Below the pieces are notes generated by a model that was given only the letters and a program-made list of their open reading frames with translations, was not told the DNA's origin and made no database searches. From assembly GCF_016786415.1 (NCBI RefSeq), contig NZ_JADWVN010000016.1: a stretch of DNA of 32,000 nucleotides. One strand, given 5' to 3'. Position numbers and translations under genes: made by a program. Of the stretch, positions 18,810 through 26,281 are shown in pieces (position 1 is the stretch's first letter; every line of letters begins with the position of its first letter). Source of the stretch: Legionella bononiensis. GTDB lineage: Bacteria > Pseudomonadota > Gammaproteobacteria > Legionellales > Legionellaceae.

Positions 18810-20315
18810 CTAATGATTACGCCAGACAGTAGGAGTTGCACTTACTGCACCTCCGCCACCTGGAATACCCGTCACCGAGTTTAATGTAAAAGTCCCTCCC
18901 AAAGCGGTGCTTGTCCAATTAGTACCATCAAAATGATAGGCATTAGCAGAACTGGAACCAACGGCCATACAATCATTAGTTGCATTACAATGGACTCCTA
19001 ATAAATTGACAGAGCTTGGGGCTGTTTGGGCAACACAGGAGGCAGCGGAAGTGATAGGTAATGAACATTTAAAATTAACCCCATTATTCCCTACCAAAAT
19101 ACACAGACTGGTATTTGGACAATGTACGGAATTTAATGAATTATTAGTCAGAGTATAAGGACCAGTCCACGCTCCATTGAAATAGTACACACGTCCATTA
19201 CTTCGTACTGCAACACAACTATTCGTTTGAGGGCAATCTACATCATTCATAGTACTGGCCAGACTAGTCAGATTATTAAATGGGACTGTGGTATTCGAAG
19301 AAAAATTGTAGGCACGATTACTTCCTACCGACATACAAACACCACTGATACAGCTCACGCCTAGCAGGTTAAAATTATTGCTGGCGAGATAAGAAAAAGT
19401 CGCAGGAAAAGTATAACGATACATCAATCCCCTTGGAGGTGATACACCACTGCCAACTATCCAGCAATTGGTGCTTGTATCGCAGGAAACATCTTGAAAA
19501 CCTCCACCGGATATACCCGACAATGCCAGTGCCCATGACACACCATTATATAAATAAATTGAACCAACTGAAGCAGAAGTGCTTCCGACAGCAATTCCGT
19601 TAGTCAAGGTATTGAATATTCCTGTAAAGGTAAAATTGACTGGTCCTGTCAACACGGTTGACCACGAAGAACCATCAAACTTGAGGATAACACCACTGGT
19701 GCTGCTGTTAACCCCTGCGGCAAAATAAGTCGAAGGATTAGATAATAATACCGCCTGTGACAATGTAACCTGGCCACTGGGTGATGTTGCTGAGGGGGAG
19801 CTTCCCTGACCGATAATAATATATTGAATCTGACTTGCGGAAGCACCGCTGGAGTGAGCTGCTGCTGCAGTACCATTTTGCCCTCGACGGGCATGTTGCA
19901 ATGTTGCTCCACTGATTCCATCGTAGTATATGGTCTCTGAATCAACAGTAATCGCGCCAAATGTCGCTAAACCCGAAACTGAATTTAAAGGAATTACAGT
20001 CGATGAAGCGGTTATAGCAGAAGATAGAGTAGTAGAACCAGTATTTTTAGTACAACTGTACTGATACTCCCCTTGCCCGCTGACAGTAACTGCTGGCTGC
20101 CAACTCCCGTCACACCATGCTGTTGCAAGTGTGAGCTCGTAGGTTCCTTGTTCAATGCCTGTCTGTGCCAGATCGTAAGCACGATTTGCAGAAATGGAAC
20201 TGACACTCGAATTCGTGCCACTGAGTGTCATCGCAACAAATGCACTTGCAAGTGCGGCTACAATAACCAGGAGTATGGCAATAACCATCATTAAAAAACC
20301 GCGCTGATTATCCAT
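18810..20315 (-). CDS. Large PilX_N/MshP-like pseudopilin lacking Glu5, fused to a Cys-paired repeat (beta-propeller-like) domain; putative pilus-tip adhesin
   Basis: N-terminus MDNQRG|FLMMVIAILLVIVAALASAF has a pilin-like hydrophobic helix but Val at +5. Ser/Thr/Gly/Asn-rich. 14 Cys arranged as 7 close pairs. About 7-8 repeats of ..(L/V)xxVxC-x4-6-C-x-x-VG-x-x-G...(D/N)G..W from residue about 197 to the C-terminus. Confidence 0.7.
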   Translation of the reverse strand: MDNQRGFLMMVIAILLVIVAALASAFVAMTLSGTNSSVSSISANRAYDLAQTGIEQGTYELTLATAWCDGSWQPAVTVSGQGEYQYSCTKNTGSTTLSSAITASSTVIPLNSVSGLATFGAITVDSETIYYDGISGATLQHARRGQNGTAAAAHSSGASASQIQYIIIGQGSSPSATSPSGQVTLSQAVLLSNPSTYFAAGVNSSTSGVILKFDGSSWSTVLTGPVNFTFTGIFNTLTNGIAVGSTSASVGSIYLYNGVSWALALSGISGGGFQDVSCDTSTNCWIVGSGVSPPRGLMYRYTFPATFSYLASNNFNLLGVSCISGVCMSVGSNRAYNFSSNTTVPFNNLTSLASTMNDVDCPQTNSCVAVRSNGRVYYFNGAWTGPYTLTNNSLNSVHCPNTSLCILVGNNGVNFKCSLPITSAASCVAQTAPSSVNLLGVHCNATNDCMAVGSSSANAYHFDGTNWTSTALGGTFTLNSVTGIPGGGGAVSATPTVWRNH

Positions 20316-20724
20316 TCACAAACCCCGTTTCAGGTGCCACTGTCAGCGCGTTTGAACCTTCACCTGTTGCAGTCACTGTAATAGTCGCTGTGGATGAATT
20401 GGATGGAGTACCTGATGCATCAAAAGTGATGCTGCTGCCGGATAAAGAAACCCCTGCCGGCATGGCAACGTTGACTGCACCTCGAGGAGGGGTTGGAGAT
20501 ATAAAATAATTAGTCGCGGAAATATTGATGGTATAAGATGTATTTAAGCTCATGGCCAACGTTTGAGTGTAACGAATATCTCTCTTTAATTGCTCCGAGA
20601 TTGAAATTAAATTAAAGCTTCCCGCAGAAGGGTAATTCATGATTACCGCTACAGCTAAAATACTAATCACAACGAGGACCGCAATAAACTCGATAAGGGT
20701 AAAACCGTGTGTAGGTCGCATCAT
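20308..20724 (-). CDS. Minor prepilin (MshC/GspH-like) with class III signal peptide
   Basis: MMRPTHG|FTLIEFIAVLVVISILAV with Glu+5 and no Cys. Its end overlaps the 501-aa gene start by 8 nt. Confidence 0.75.
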   Translation of the reverse strand: MMRPTHGFTLIEFIAVLVVISILAVAVIMNYPSAGSFNLISISEQLKRDIRYTQTLAMSLNTSYTINISATNYFISPTPPRGAVNVAMPAGVSLSGSSITFDASGTPSNSSTATITVTATGEGSNALTVAPETGFVNG

Positions 20725-20832
20725 ATTCTACCCTGCTCCATCTCCTTTACACGCTGATTGAAGTACCTGGCTCAAATTATGTTGGTCAGTCGGACTATAC
20801 AGTCCTTATTATAAAGCAGTAACCTCAATGGT

Positions 20833-21216
20833 TTAATTAATGCCCATCCCGCTAAATGTAGCAGTTACAGCAGTTCCACCAGTAGGTGTAAAAGTTAATG
20901 TACACGTTGCCGTAGCGCCTGCTGCTATTGGGGCTGGAGTTATTGCGTATAACCCACCGTTAGTAGGCATGCCACCAGCCAATACCCCCCATGTATTGCA
21001 ATTAGTTACAGCAATTCCTTTCGCACTATTGGCGGTTCGTGCAGCAAAATTAACCGACATGGCAGACGATAACCCTCCTGCAACACCATTAACTGCTGCT
21101 TGAGCAGCATCAGATTTTAAGTCAATATAAAGAGGTACTGCTACCACGGATAAAATACCCAAAATTACAATAACCATTACTAATTCAATCAGGGTAAAGC
21201 CTTTGTTCAAGTTCAT
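20833..21216 (-). CDS. MshA-type pilin (candidate major subunit)
   Basis: MNLNKG|FTLIELVMVIVILGILSVVAVPLYIDLKSDAAQAA is the MSHA-pilin style N-terminus. Has a C-terminal Cys pair (TNC...ATC). Has its own strong RBS (GGGAG) and a 263-bp upstream intergenic region. Confidence 0.8.
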   Translation of the reverse strand: MNLNKGFTLIELVMVIVILGILSVVAVPLYIDLKSDAAQAAVNGVAGGLSSAMSVNFAARTANSAKGIAVTNCNTWGVLAGGMPTNGGLYAITPAPIAAGATATCTLTFTPTGGTAVTATFSGMGIN

Positions 21217-21479
21217 CAGTCACTCCCATATAAAACACGTACAGATCACATCGTTTTGACACTCAAAATCGAGGCAATGCATCCATTTGATTAACTCTCA
21301 AGTCCATAATTAAGTATAGACCAGGATTTATAGTGAACACAAACTCTATTTATAAAATCAATAAAGCTAAGTAATTGACTAATAGACAATTTTTATCAGA
21401 TATACAATAAATCATTACCTGATTATCCAAAATGCTCAATCCACGATATAAAATTGTGGATGAACGTACGTGTATGTTA

Positions 21480-21932
21480 CTAACAACCGGCCGTATTTAT
21501 TGCAATCACCGGTGCTACACCTGCAGCTGTTGATGCAGTATAAGTAACACTGCACGTAGCAGGAGTTGGCGCACCAGCCGCTTGCCATGTTGCAGTAGTA
21601 GCAGTTTGAGTCAAAGTAAAACCAGGTACCGGTACATAAGATATCGCAACGTTGATACCTCCAGCAGCTGATGCTGGATATTTATGGAGCAAATTTACTG
21701 TAGTTCCATCCATAATAATAGAGGGTTGAGAATCAAGGTAATTATTTACTATAACGGCTGAATGAGTTATTTGACTGGCTGAAGCCACTGAACCAAAAAT
21801 ACCATTTATAGCTGAAATCCGTGCTTGAGTAGTAAAATCATAGTACTTGGGAATTGCCACTGCAGCTAATATTCCTAGTAGTATAATGACAATAATTAAT
21901 TCGATAAGAGTAAAACCACGCTGCTTCACCAT
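21480..21932 (-). CDS. MshA/MshB-type pilin (second candidate major subunit)
   Basis: MVKQRG|FTLIELIIVIILLGILAAVAIPKYYDFTTQARISA. Has a C-terminal Cys pair (ATC...AGC at the very C-terminus). GGGGAG lies 4 nt upstream of the ATG. Confidence 0.8.
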   Translation of the reverse strand: MVKQRGFTLIELIIVIILLGILAAVAIPKYYDFTTQARISAINGIFGSVASASQITHSAVIVNNYLDSQPSIIMDGTTVNLLHKYPASAAGGINVAISYVPVPGFTLTQTATTATWQAAGAPTPATCSVTYTASTAAGVAPVIAINTAGC

Positions 21933-21983
21933 TATACTCCCCCAAAAAGTGTAAATAAGTACTGTTTTCTCATCCCTAACAAC

Positions 21984-22451
21984 TTACCACTCATGACAAC
22001 CCCATAGACGCATATCCTGACACCATCTATAAGAACTCACTGTAAATTCAACTATACCCTTATTACAGTATAGATCAACTACAATTTGATGGTCATTTTT
22101 TGACCAAAAATATCGTTTACCACGTACTTTATAGGTCAGTTGATGAAGAACAGGATTATATTGCCAATATCCACTTTCCTGTAGTTCCGGTGACGCGAAT
22201 CCTGATGCCTGAAGAATAAAATCAGGTTCATTCAGATAGGAGCAATCAGGATTAGTCTGCTTCAACAGTATGCTTTTTGAATGAACCAGGTTTGTTATCA
22301 TGTTGAGATTCATACTTACGGTTGTTTTTTCTACCGTGGCTTCGAGCAGTTCAAAATAACTTAATAGTGTGCCCGCCAAAATGGCAATCAAACAAAGAAC
22401 GATTGCAAGATGCACTCGAGATAATTGGTAGGATCTTCCTAAGTTAATCAT
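21984..22451 (-). CDS. mshF: MshF-like small membrane protein
   Basis: Sits directly after mshG, as in Vibrio MSHA loci. One TM (VHLAIVLCLIAILAGTLL). The preferred start is the ATG at 22451, which forms ATGA with the mshG stop; the track start at 22481 would overlap mshG by 34 nt. The assignment is by synteny. Confidence 0.5.
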   Translation of the reverse strand: MINLGRSYQLSRVHLAIVLCLIAILAGTLLSYFELLEATVEKTTVSMNLNMITNLVHSKSILLKQTNPDCSYLNEPDFILQASGFASPELQESGYWQYNPVLHQLTYKVRGKRYFWSKNDHQIVVDLYCNKGIVEFTVSSYRWCQDMRLWGCHEW

Positions 22452-23674
22452 CGTTTCTGTATCAAACTGGCCATGCTCCACATTGGTAAAAGTACACCAA
22501 GAGCAAGGATTAATACCATTCCCGCCATCACAACCAGTAAAATAGGCTCAATAGCGTCGCTTAATCGGACAATGTCATAATTGATTTCCCTCTGATAATA
22601 TTCTGCTACTTCATCTAATAACTCGTCAATTGTTCCACTTTCTTCACCAAGGCTAATCATCTGTATAATTAAAGGCGGAAATAGCTCTGTTTGAGTGATG
22701 GCAGCAGATATAGTATTGCCCCGAACGATTAAATCGGTAACCGACTTGATTTTATTTGCGACATAGAGATTTCCCGTTGAAGCACCAACCATTTGAATGC
22801 CCTCTACAGCAGGAATACCAGCTCGTAAAACCAATGCAAGCAGACGTGCGAAACGAGCAAGAAGAATACGATGGATCAACCAGCCTATGATTGGAATTTT
22901 CAGTTGCAATCGGCCCCAGAAGATAGCCCCTGAATCCGTTTTTAGATAAGCACGAATCCCCAATATAGTGAGTACAGCAAAACCAATCATTAAATACCAA
23001 TAACTCAATATAAAATTGGAACTGGCCATTAGAATACGCGTTGGTAATGGCAACTGACTTTGGAAACTGGCATACAGCTTTGCAAATGATGGAATAACAA
23101 AGACGTTAATGATGAGTAACGCAACCACTATCGCGACGATCACCATGGTTGGATAACGTAAGGCAGTTTTTACCTTTTTGGTAATGTCTACTTCAAGTTC
23201 AAGATAATCTGCAAGATGTAAGAAAATCCTGTCCAGATTTCCCGTATTTTCCCCCACAATAATCAAATTTAGAAAAAAGTCGGAAAATATATTAGGAAAT
23301 TGTGCCATGGCAACATGAAGTGATGTGCCTTTATTTAAAGTGTGTAGAATTTGAATCAAAGCTTCAGATAAGGTTGTGTTATGAGTTGTTTCAGACAGTC
23401 GCTCTACTGATGTAGCTAGAGGAATTCCCGCATGAAGCAATGAATACATCTGTCTGCAAAACATATGGAGTTCAGAATGAGGAACTTTAGAATCAAACCA
23501 CTTAACTTTTTGTTTGGTGGGAGTTGAGCTAGTAGCCGTTGAGGAGGAAATATCAATAGGAATAAGGTTATCAGCTATTAGTTGATTTGCCAGTTCTTCC
23601 GGACTCGAAGCGTTACGCTGTCCAGATATTGATTTACCATTTTGGTCACGAGCCGTGTAAGTATATTGCGGCAT
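22448..23674 (-). CDS. mshG: MshG, polytopic inner-membrane platform protein (GspF/PilC family)
   Basis: 408 aa with the duplicated GspF architecture (two cytoplasmic domains, each followed by TM segments) and typical blocks (LSEAL..L..G.SL, GEE(S/T)G.L...L). First gene of the locus. Confidence 0.88.
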   Translation of the reverse strand: MPQYTYTARDQNGKSISGQRNASSPEELANQLIADNLIPIDISSSTATSSTPTKQKVKWFDSKVPHSELHMFCRQMYSLLHAGIPLATSVERLSETTHNTTLSEALIQILHTLNKGTSLHVAMAQFPNIFSDFFLNLIIVGENTGNLDRIFLHLADYLELEVDITKKVKTALRYPTMVIVAIVVALLIINVFVIPSFAKLYASFQSQLPLPTRILMASSNFILSYWYLMIGFAVLTILGIRAYLKTDSGAIFWGRLQLKIPIIGWLIHRILLARFARLLALVLRAGIPAVEGIQMVGASTGNLYVANKIKSVTDLIVRGNTISAAITQTELFPPLIIQMISLGEESGTIDELLDEVAEYYQREINYDIVRLSDAIEPILLVVMAGMVLILALGVLLPMWSMASLIQKR

Positions 23675-23729
23675 TCCCTATTCCACATAAACGGATTGTT
23701 TTATTCAATCCTCAAAATTTGCCTTCTCT

Positions 23730-23738
23730 TGATATAAT
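23730..23738 (+). promoter_or_regulatory. Candidate extended -10 promoter element (TGATATAAT) facing the POT transporter gene
   Basis: Exact TGnTATAAT match at 23730-23738, but the -35 is weak. It would give a leader of roughly 130 nt before the GTG at 23873. The region is AT-rich, so chance matches are likely. Confidence 0.3.
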
Positions 23739-23810
23739 ATCAATCAAATGGGAATAAATGGCAAGAACTGCTGCCAATAATGACGTACAATTCACCCTAA
23801 TGAATAGTAA

Positions 23811-23871
23811 GTGTTCACTATGTTTCACACTATGTTATACTTGAAATTAATTAAAACAAAATAGTGTGAAC
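23811..23871. promoter_or_regulatory. Cluster of TTCAC(AC)TAT motifs (tandem pair plus an inverted copy) in the mshG/POT divergent intergenic region
   Basis: gtgttcactat (23811-23821), tttcacactat (23823-23833), and the inverted copy atagtgtgaac (23861-23871). A 10-bp perfect inverted repeat, ttcacactat/atagtgtgaa, is separated by 27 bp. The same 11-mer, gtgttcactat, recurs on the minus strand at 21330-21340, upstream of the 127-aa pilin gene. Confidence 0.3.
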
Positions 23872-23872
23872 T

Positions 23873-25321
23873 GTGTTAAATCAAACTGATAAACATCCAA
23901 AATCATTACGTATATTTTTTGCTACAGAAATGTGGGAACGATACGGCTTTTACGTGGTGCAGTCATTATTAGCATTGTATCTGGCCTTTCATTTTAAATG
24001 GCAGGATAAACAAATTTATGCTTTGGTTGGTTCTTTTACGGCACTTACCTACCTCTCACCTTTAGTTGGCGGATGGATCGCTGACAAACTGATTGGTCAA
24101 AAAAGAGCTACATTATTAGGAGCATTCGTTTTATTTTTGAGTTATTGTCTTTTATCAATTCTGGATAATAACCTTGCACTGACCTCATCCCTGGCTGGTA
24201 TCGCTGTTGGAACCGGTTTATTGAAGCCGAATATTTCATCACTTCTAGGCAATGAATACCCTGTAGGTTCACCGAGAAGGGAAAGCGGGTTCACCATTTT
24301 TTATATGGGAATAACAACCGGTATTATTTTAGGTACTACCTTACCAAGCCAGTTAACTGAACTGTTTGGTTGGTCAGGCTCTTTTATCAGCGCCGCAATA
24401 GGAATGATTATTGCCTTTATGGTTTTTCTGTACGGCGTCCACCAATATAAAATAAAAGACTATAATCCTTTTGTTTTTGAATTAAAAAATATTGTGCTTG
24501 CAGTCATCTTAATGACTGGGTTATGGGCTTTATCGTTTTATATCCTGAATTATCCCAAACTGGCGAATTTAATGTTTGGTTTAGTTGTATTATTTTCTGC
24601 CGTATATATTTTATACTCTGTAAATCGTGAAGACTCAAATCAAGCGCGTCAAACATTGGTCATTGGCTTACTGTGCATTATATCAGTGATGTTTTGGGCT
24701 TTTTATTTCCAAATGTTCATGTCATTGACTCTCTTTATTTCCCGAGTAGTGCAACCCACTTTATATGGTATTCAATTCCCACCGCCCTATTACATTACAA
24801 TACAAAGTATCGGGATGCTCATTATTGGCTATTTTTTAGCTAAAAAACATCATCATCTTAATCTGATTGAGCGCGGATTAAGTACCGGAAAAAAATTCGT
24901 GCTGGCCATGATCTTCATGACTATAGCCTATTCCATTATTGCCATGGTAAGCACCTTTAGTAATAAAGCCGTTTTATTATCACCACTTCTTATTATTCCA
25001 GCTTATTTAATGATTTCGTTGGCTGAACTGTTCCTTTCCCCGGTAGGTTTATCAGCAATAACCGTTCTTGCAGATAAAAATAAAGTAAGCACGATGATAG
25101 GTATATTTTTCGTGTCTCTTGGAATCGGTGGGTTTCTGTCTGGAAAATTAGCGTCCTTAACGGCCATTCCTCCAGGTGAAACGAATATCGCCGTACTTAA
25201 ATCGCTGTATTCCGCAGCATTTACTCAACAATTAAGCATCCTGTTTATGGCTACTCTGGGATGTCTGGTTCTGTTTGCAGTCATAAAATTTTTGTTAACT
25301 CATATTCAGGTTTCAGAATAA
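23873..25321 (+). CDS. Proton-dependent oligopeptide transporter (POT/PTR2 family, DtpA-like MFS)
   Basis: PTR2 signature region FATEMWERYGFYVVQSLLALYL and GGWIADKLIGQK. About 12-14 predicted TM helices. A GTG start is the only start available, because an in-frame stop lies 2 codons upstream. Confidence 0.88.
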   Translation: MLNQTDKHPKSLRIFFATEMWERYGFYVVQSLLALYLAFHFKWQDKQIYALVGSFTALTYLSPLVGGWIADKLIGQKRATLLGAFVLFLSYCLLSILDNNLALTSSLAGIAVGTGLLKPNISSLLGNEYPVGSPRRESGFTIFYMGITTGIILGTTLPSQLTELFGWSGSFISAAIGMIIAFMVFLYGVHQYKIKDYNPFVFELKNIVLAVILMTGLWALSFYILNYPKLANLMFGLVVLFSAVYILYSVNREDSNQARQTLVIGLLCIISVMFWAFYFQMFMSLTLFISRVVQPTLYGIQFPPPYYITIQSIGMLIIGYFLAKKHHHLNLIERGLSTGKKFVLAMIFMTIAYSIIAMVSTFSNKAVLLSPLLIIPAYLMISLAELFLSPVGLSAITVLADKNKVSTMIGIFFVSLGIGGFLSGKLASLTAIPPGETNIAVLKSLYSAAFTQQLSILFMATLGCLVLFAVIKFLLTHIQVSE

Positions 25322-25395
25322 TGAAGATTAACCCTTTTTATATAGACCATTTGCTGATATCATTTGGCGCTTTTTGATGGAAGATTAACACACCT

Positions 25396-25731
25396 ATGTC
25401 TGATCAGAACCTTATGTTAAATACCTTATTAAAATCACTCGAAGACATCCAGGCAATAGATGTCAAAGTGATTGATGTTCATAAACAAACAACCATTACT
25501 GACTATATGATTATTGCATCTGGTCGCGCATCACGTCATGTAAAAGCCATAGCTCAAAAAGTAATGGACGATATGAAGATAGCTGGCTTACCTGCACTCA
25601 GTTCTACTGGACTGGAAAGTGGTGACTGGGCTTTAATTGATTTTGGAGACTTCATCCTTCATGTAATGCAGGCTGAGAGCAGACAATTTTATAATCTTGA
25701 AGGATTGTGGGAAGAGCAACCAGGGTCCTAA
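25396..25731 (+). CDS. rsfS: Ribosomal silencing factor RsfS (iojap family)
   Basis: 111 aa with ..[17 protein letters not shown]-type blocks and the [14 protein letters not shown] motif. Conserved rsfS-rlmH-mrdA-rodA neighbourhood. Confidence 0.9.
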   Translation: MSDQNLMLNTLLKSLEDIQAIDVKVIDVHKQTTITDYMIIASGRASRHVKAIAQKVMDDMKIAGLPALSSTGLESGDWALIDFGDFILHVMQAESRQFYNLEGLWEEQPGS

Positions 25732-25738
25732 ACACGAT

Positions 25739-26209
25739 ATGTTAAAAATTACGGTCATTACCCTGGGTAATAAAATGCCTGACTGGGTAGTTAAAGGCTC
25801 AAATGATTACATCAAACGATTCAAAGAGGGTATTCAGTTAAAAGTTATTGAAATCCCTCTGATTAGTCGGAGCAAGTCATCTGATCTATCACGAATCATG
25901 GAAAAAGAATCCGCCCTGATCCGTGAAGCATTACCTAATGGTGCACGTATTATTGCTCTGGATATTGAAGGTAAAAGCTTCAGTAGCGAAGAATTAGCCA
26001 TAAAAATTACCCAGTTACAACAGATCTCCAGCCATGTTTGTTTCATCATTGGTGGTCCTGAAGGAATTTCAAGTGAGATCATGCAGCTCAGCGATGAACG
26101 TTGGTCCTTATCCAAACTAACGCTCCCTCATCCAATGGTTCGAATTATTTTATTGGAAACCTTATATCGAGCCTGGACTATTATTAATAACCATCCATAT
26201 CATAAATAG
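25739..26209 (+). CDS. rlmH: 23S rRNA (pseudouridine1915-N3)-methyltransferase RlmH
   Basis: [16 protein letters not shown]..., the [14 protein letters not shown] knot motif and C-terminal [18 protein letters not shown]. The track start at 25697 overlaps rsfS; the ATG at 25739 gives a canonical protein of about 156 aa. Confidence 0.9.
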   Translation: MLKITVITLGNKMPDWVVKGSNDYIKRFKEGIQLKVIEIPLISRSKSSDLSRIMEKESALIREALPNGARIIALDIEGKSFSSEELAIKITQLQQISSHVCFIIGGPEGISSEIMQLSDERWSLSKLTLPHPMVRIILLETLYRAWTIINNHPYHK

Positions 26210-26281
26210 GGATTGGTAAATAAATCCATTTTAAGTTACTATCAACACCTTGTGTTTGTACCCTAAACTTTACTGTGTGCG

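Noticed and set aside
19649-20294. ORFs 19649..19960 (-), 20012..20221 (-) and 20073..20294 (+) inside or antisense to the 501-aa gene
   Set aside because: They lie wholly within a longer ORF that has coherent pilin-like and repeat features. The locally GC-richer Ser/Thr/Gly/Ala codon usage suppresses stops in the alternative frames. None has an RBS or any recognisable motif.
20840-21103. 87-aa antisense ORF opposite the 127-aa pilin gene
   Set aside because: It is an Ala/Pro/Val-rich mirror translation of an Ala/Gly/Thr-rich pilin gene. The pilin frame has a class III signal peptide and a strong RBS, and the antisense frame has neither.
18762-21203. Identical 20-mer ttcaatcagggtaaagcctt at 18762-18781 and 21184-21203, with similar copies near 18380, 20690 and 21900, as a dispersed repeat or CRISPR-like feature
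   Set aside because: All copies encode the conserved prepilin N-terminus (K/Q)GFTLIEL on the minus strand. This is coding-sequence conservation among paralogues, not a non-coding repeat array.
21271-21290. Possible sigma-54 promoter (TGGATGCATTGCC on the minus strand) upstream of the 127-aa pilin gene
   Set aside because: The GG-to-GC spacing is about 3 nt shorter than the TGGCAC-N5-TTGC consensus, so it does not fit a -24/-12 promoter.
9743-23674. The msh locus as a mobile genomic island
   Set aside because: There is no integrase, transposase, tRNA, flanking direct repeats or plasmid/phage genes in the window. The flanking palindrome at 9591-9673 has no partner at the other boundary. Horizontal origin cannot be judged from this window alone.
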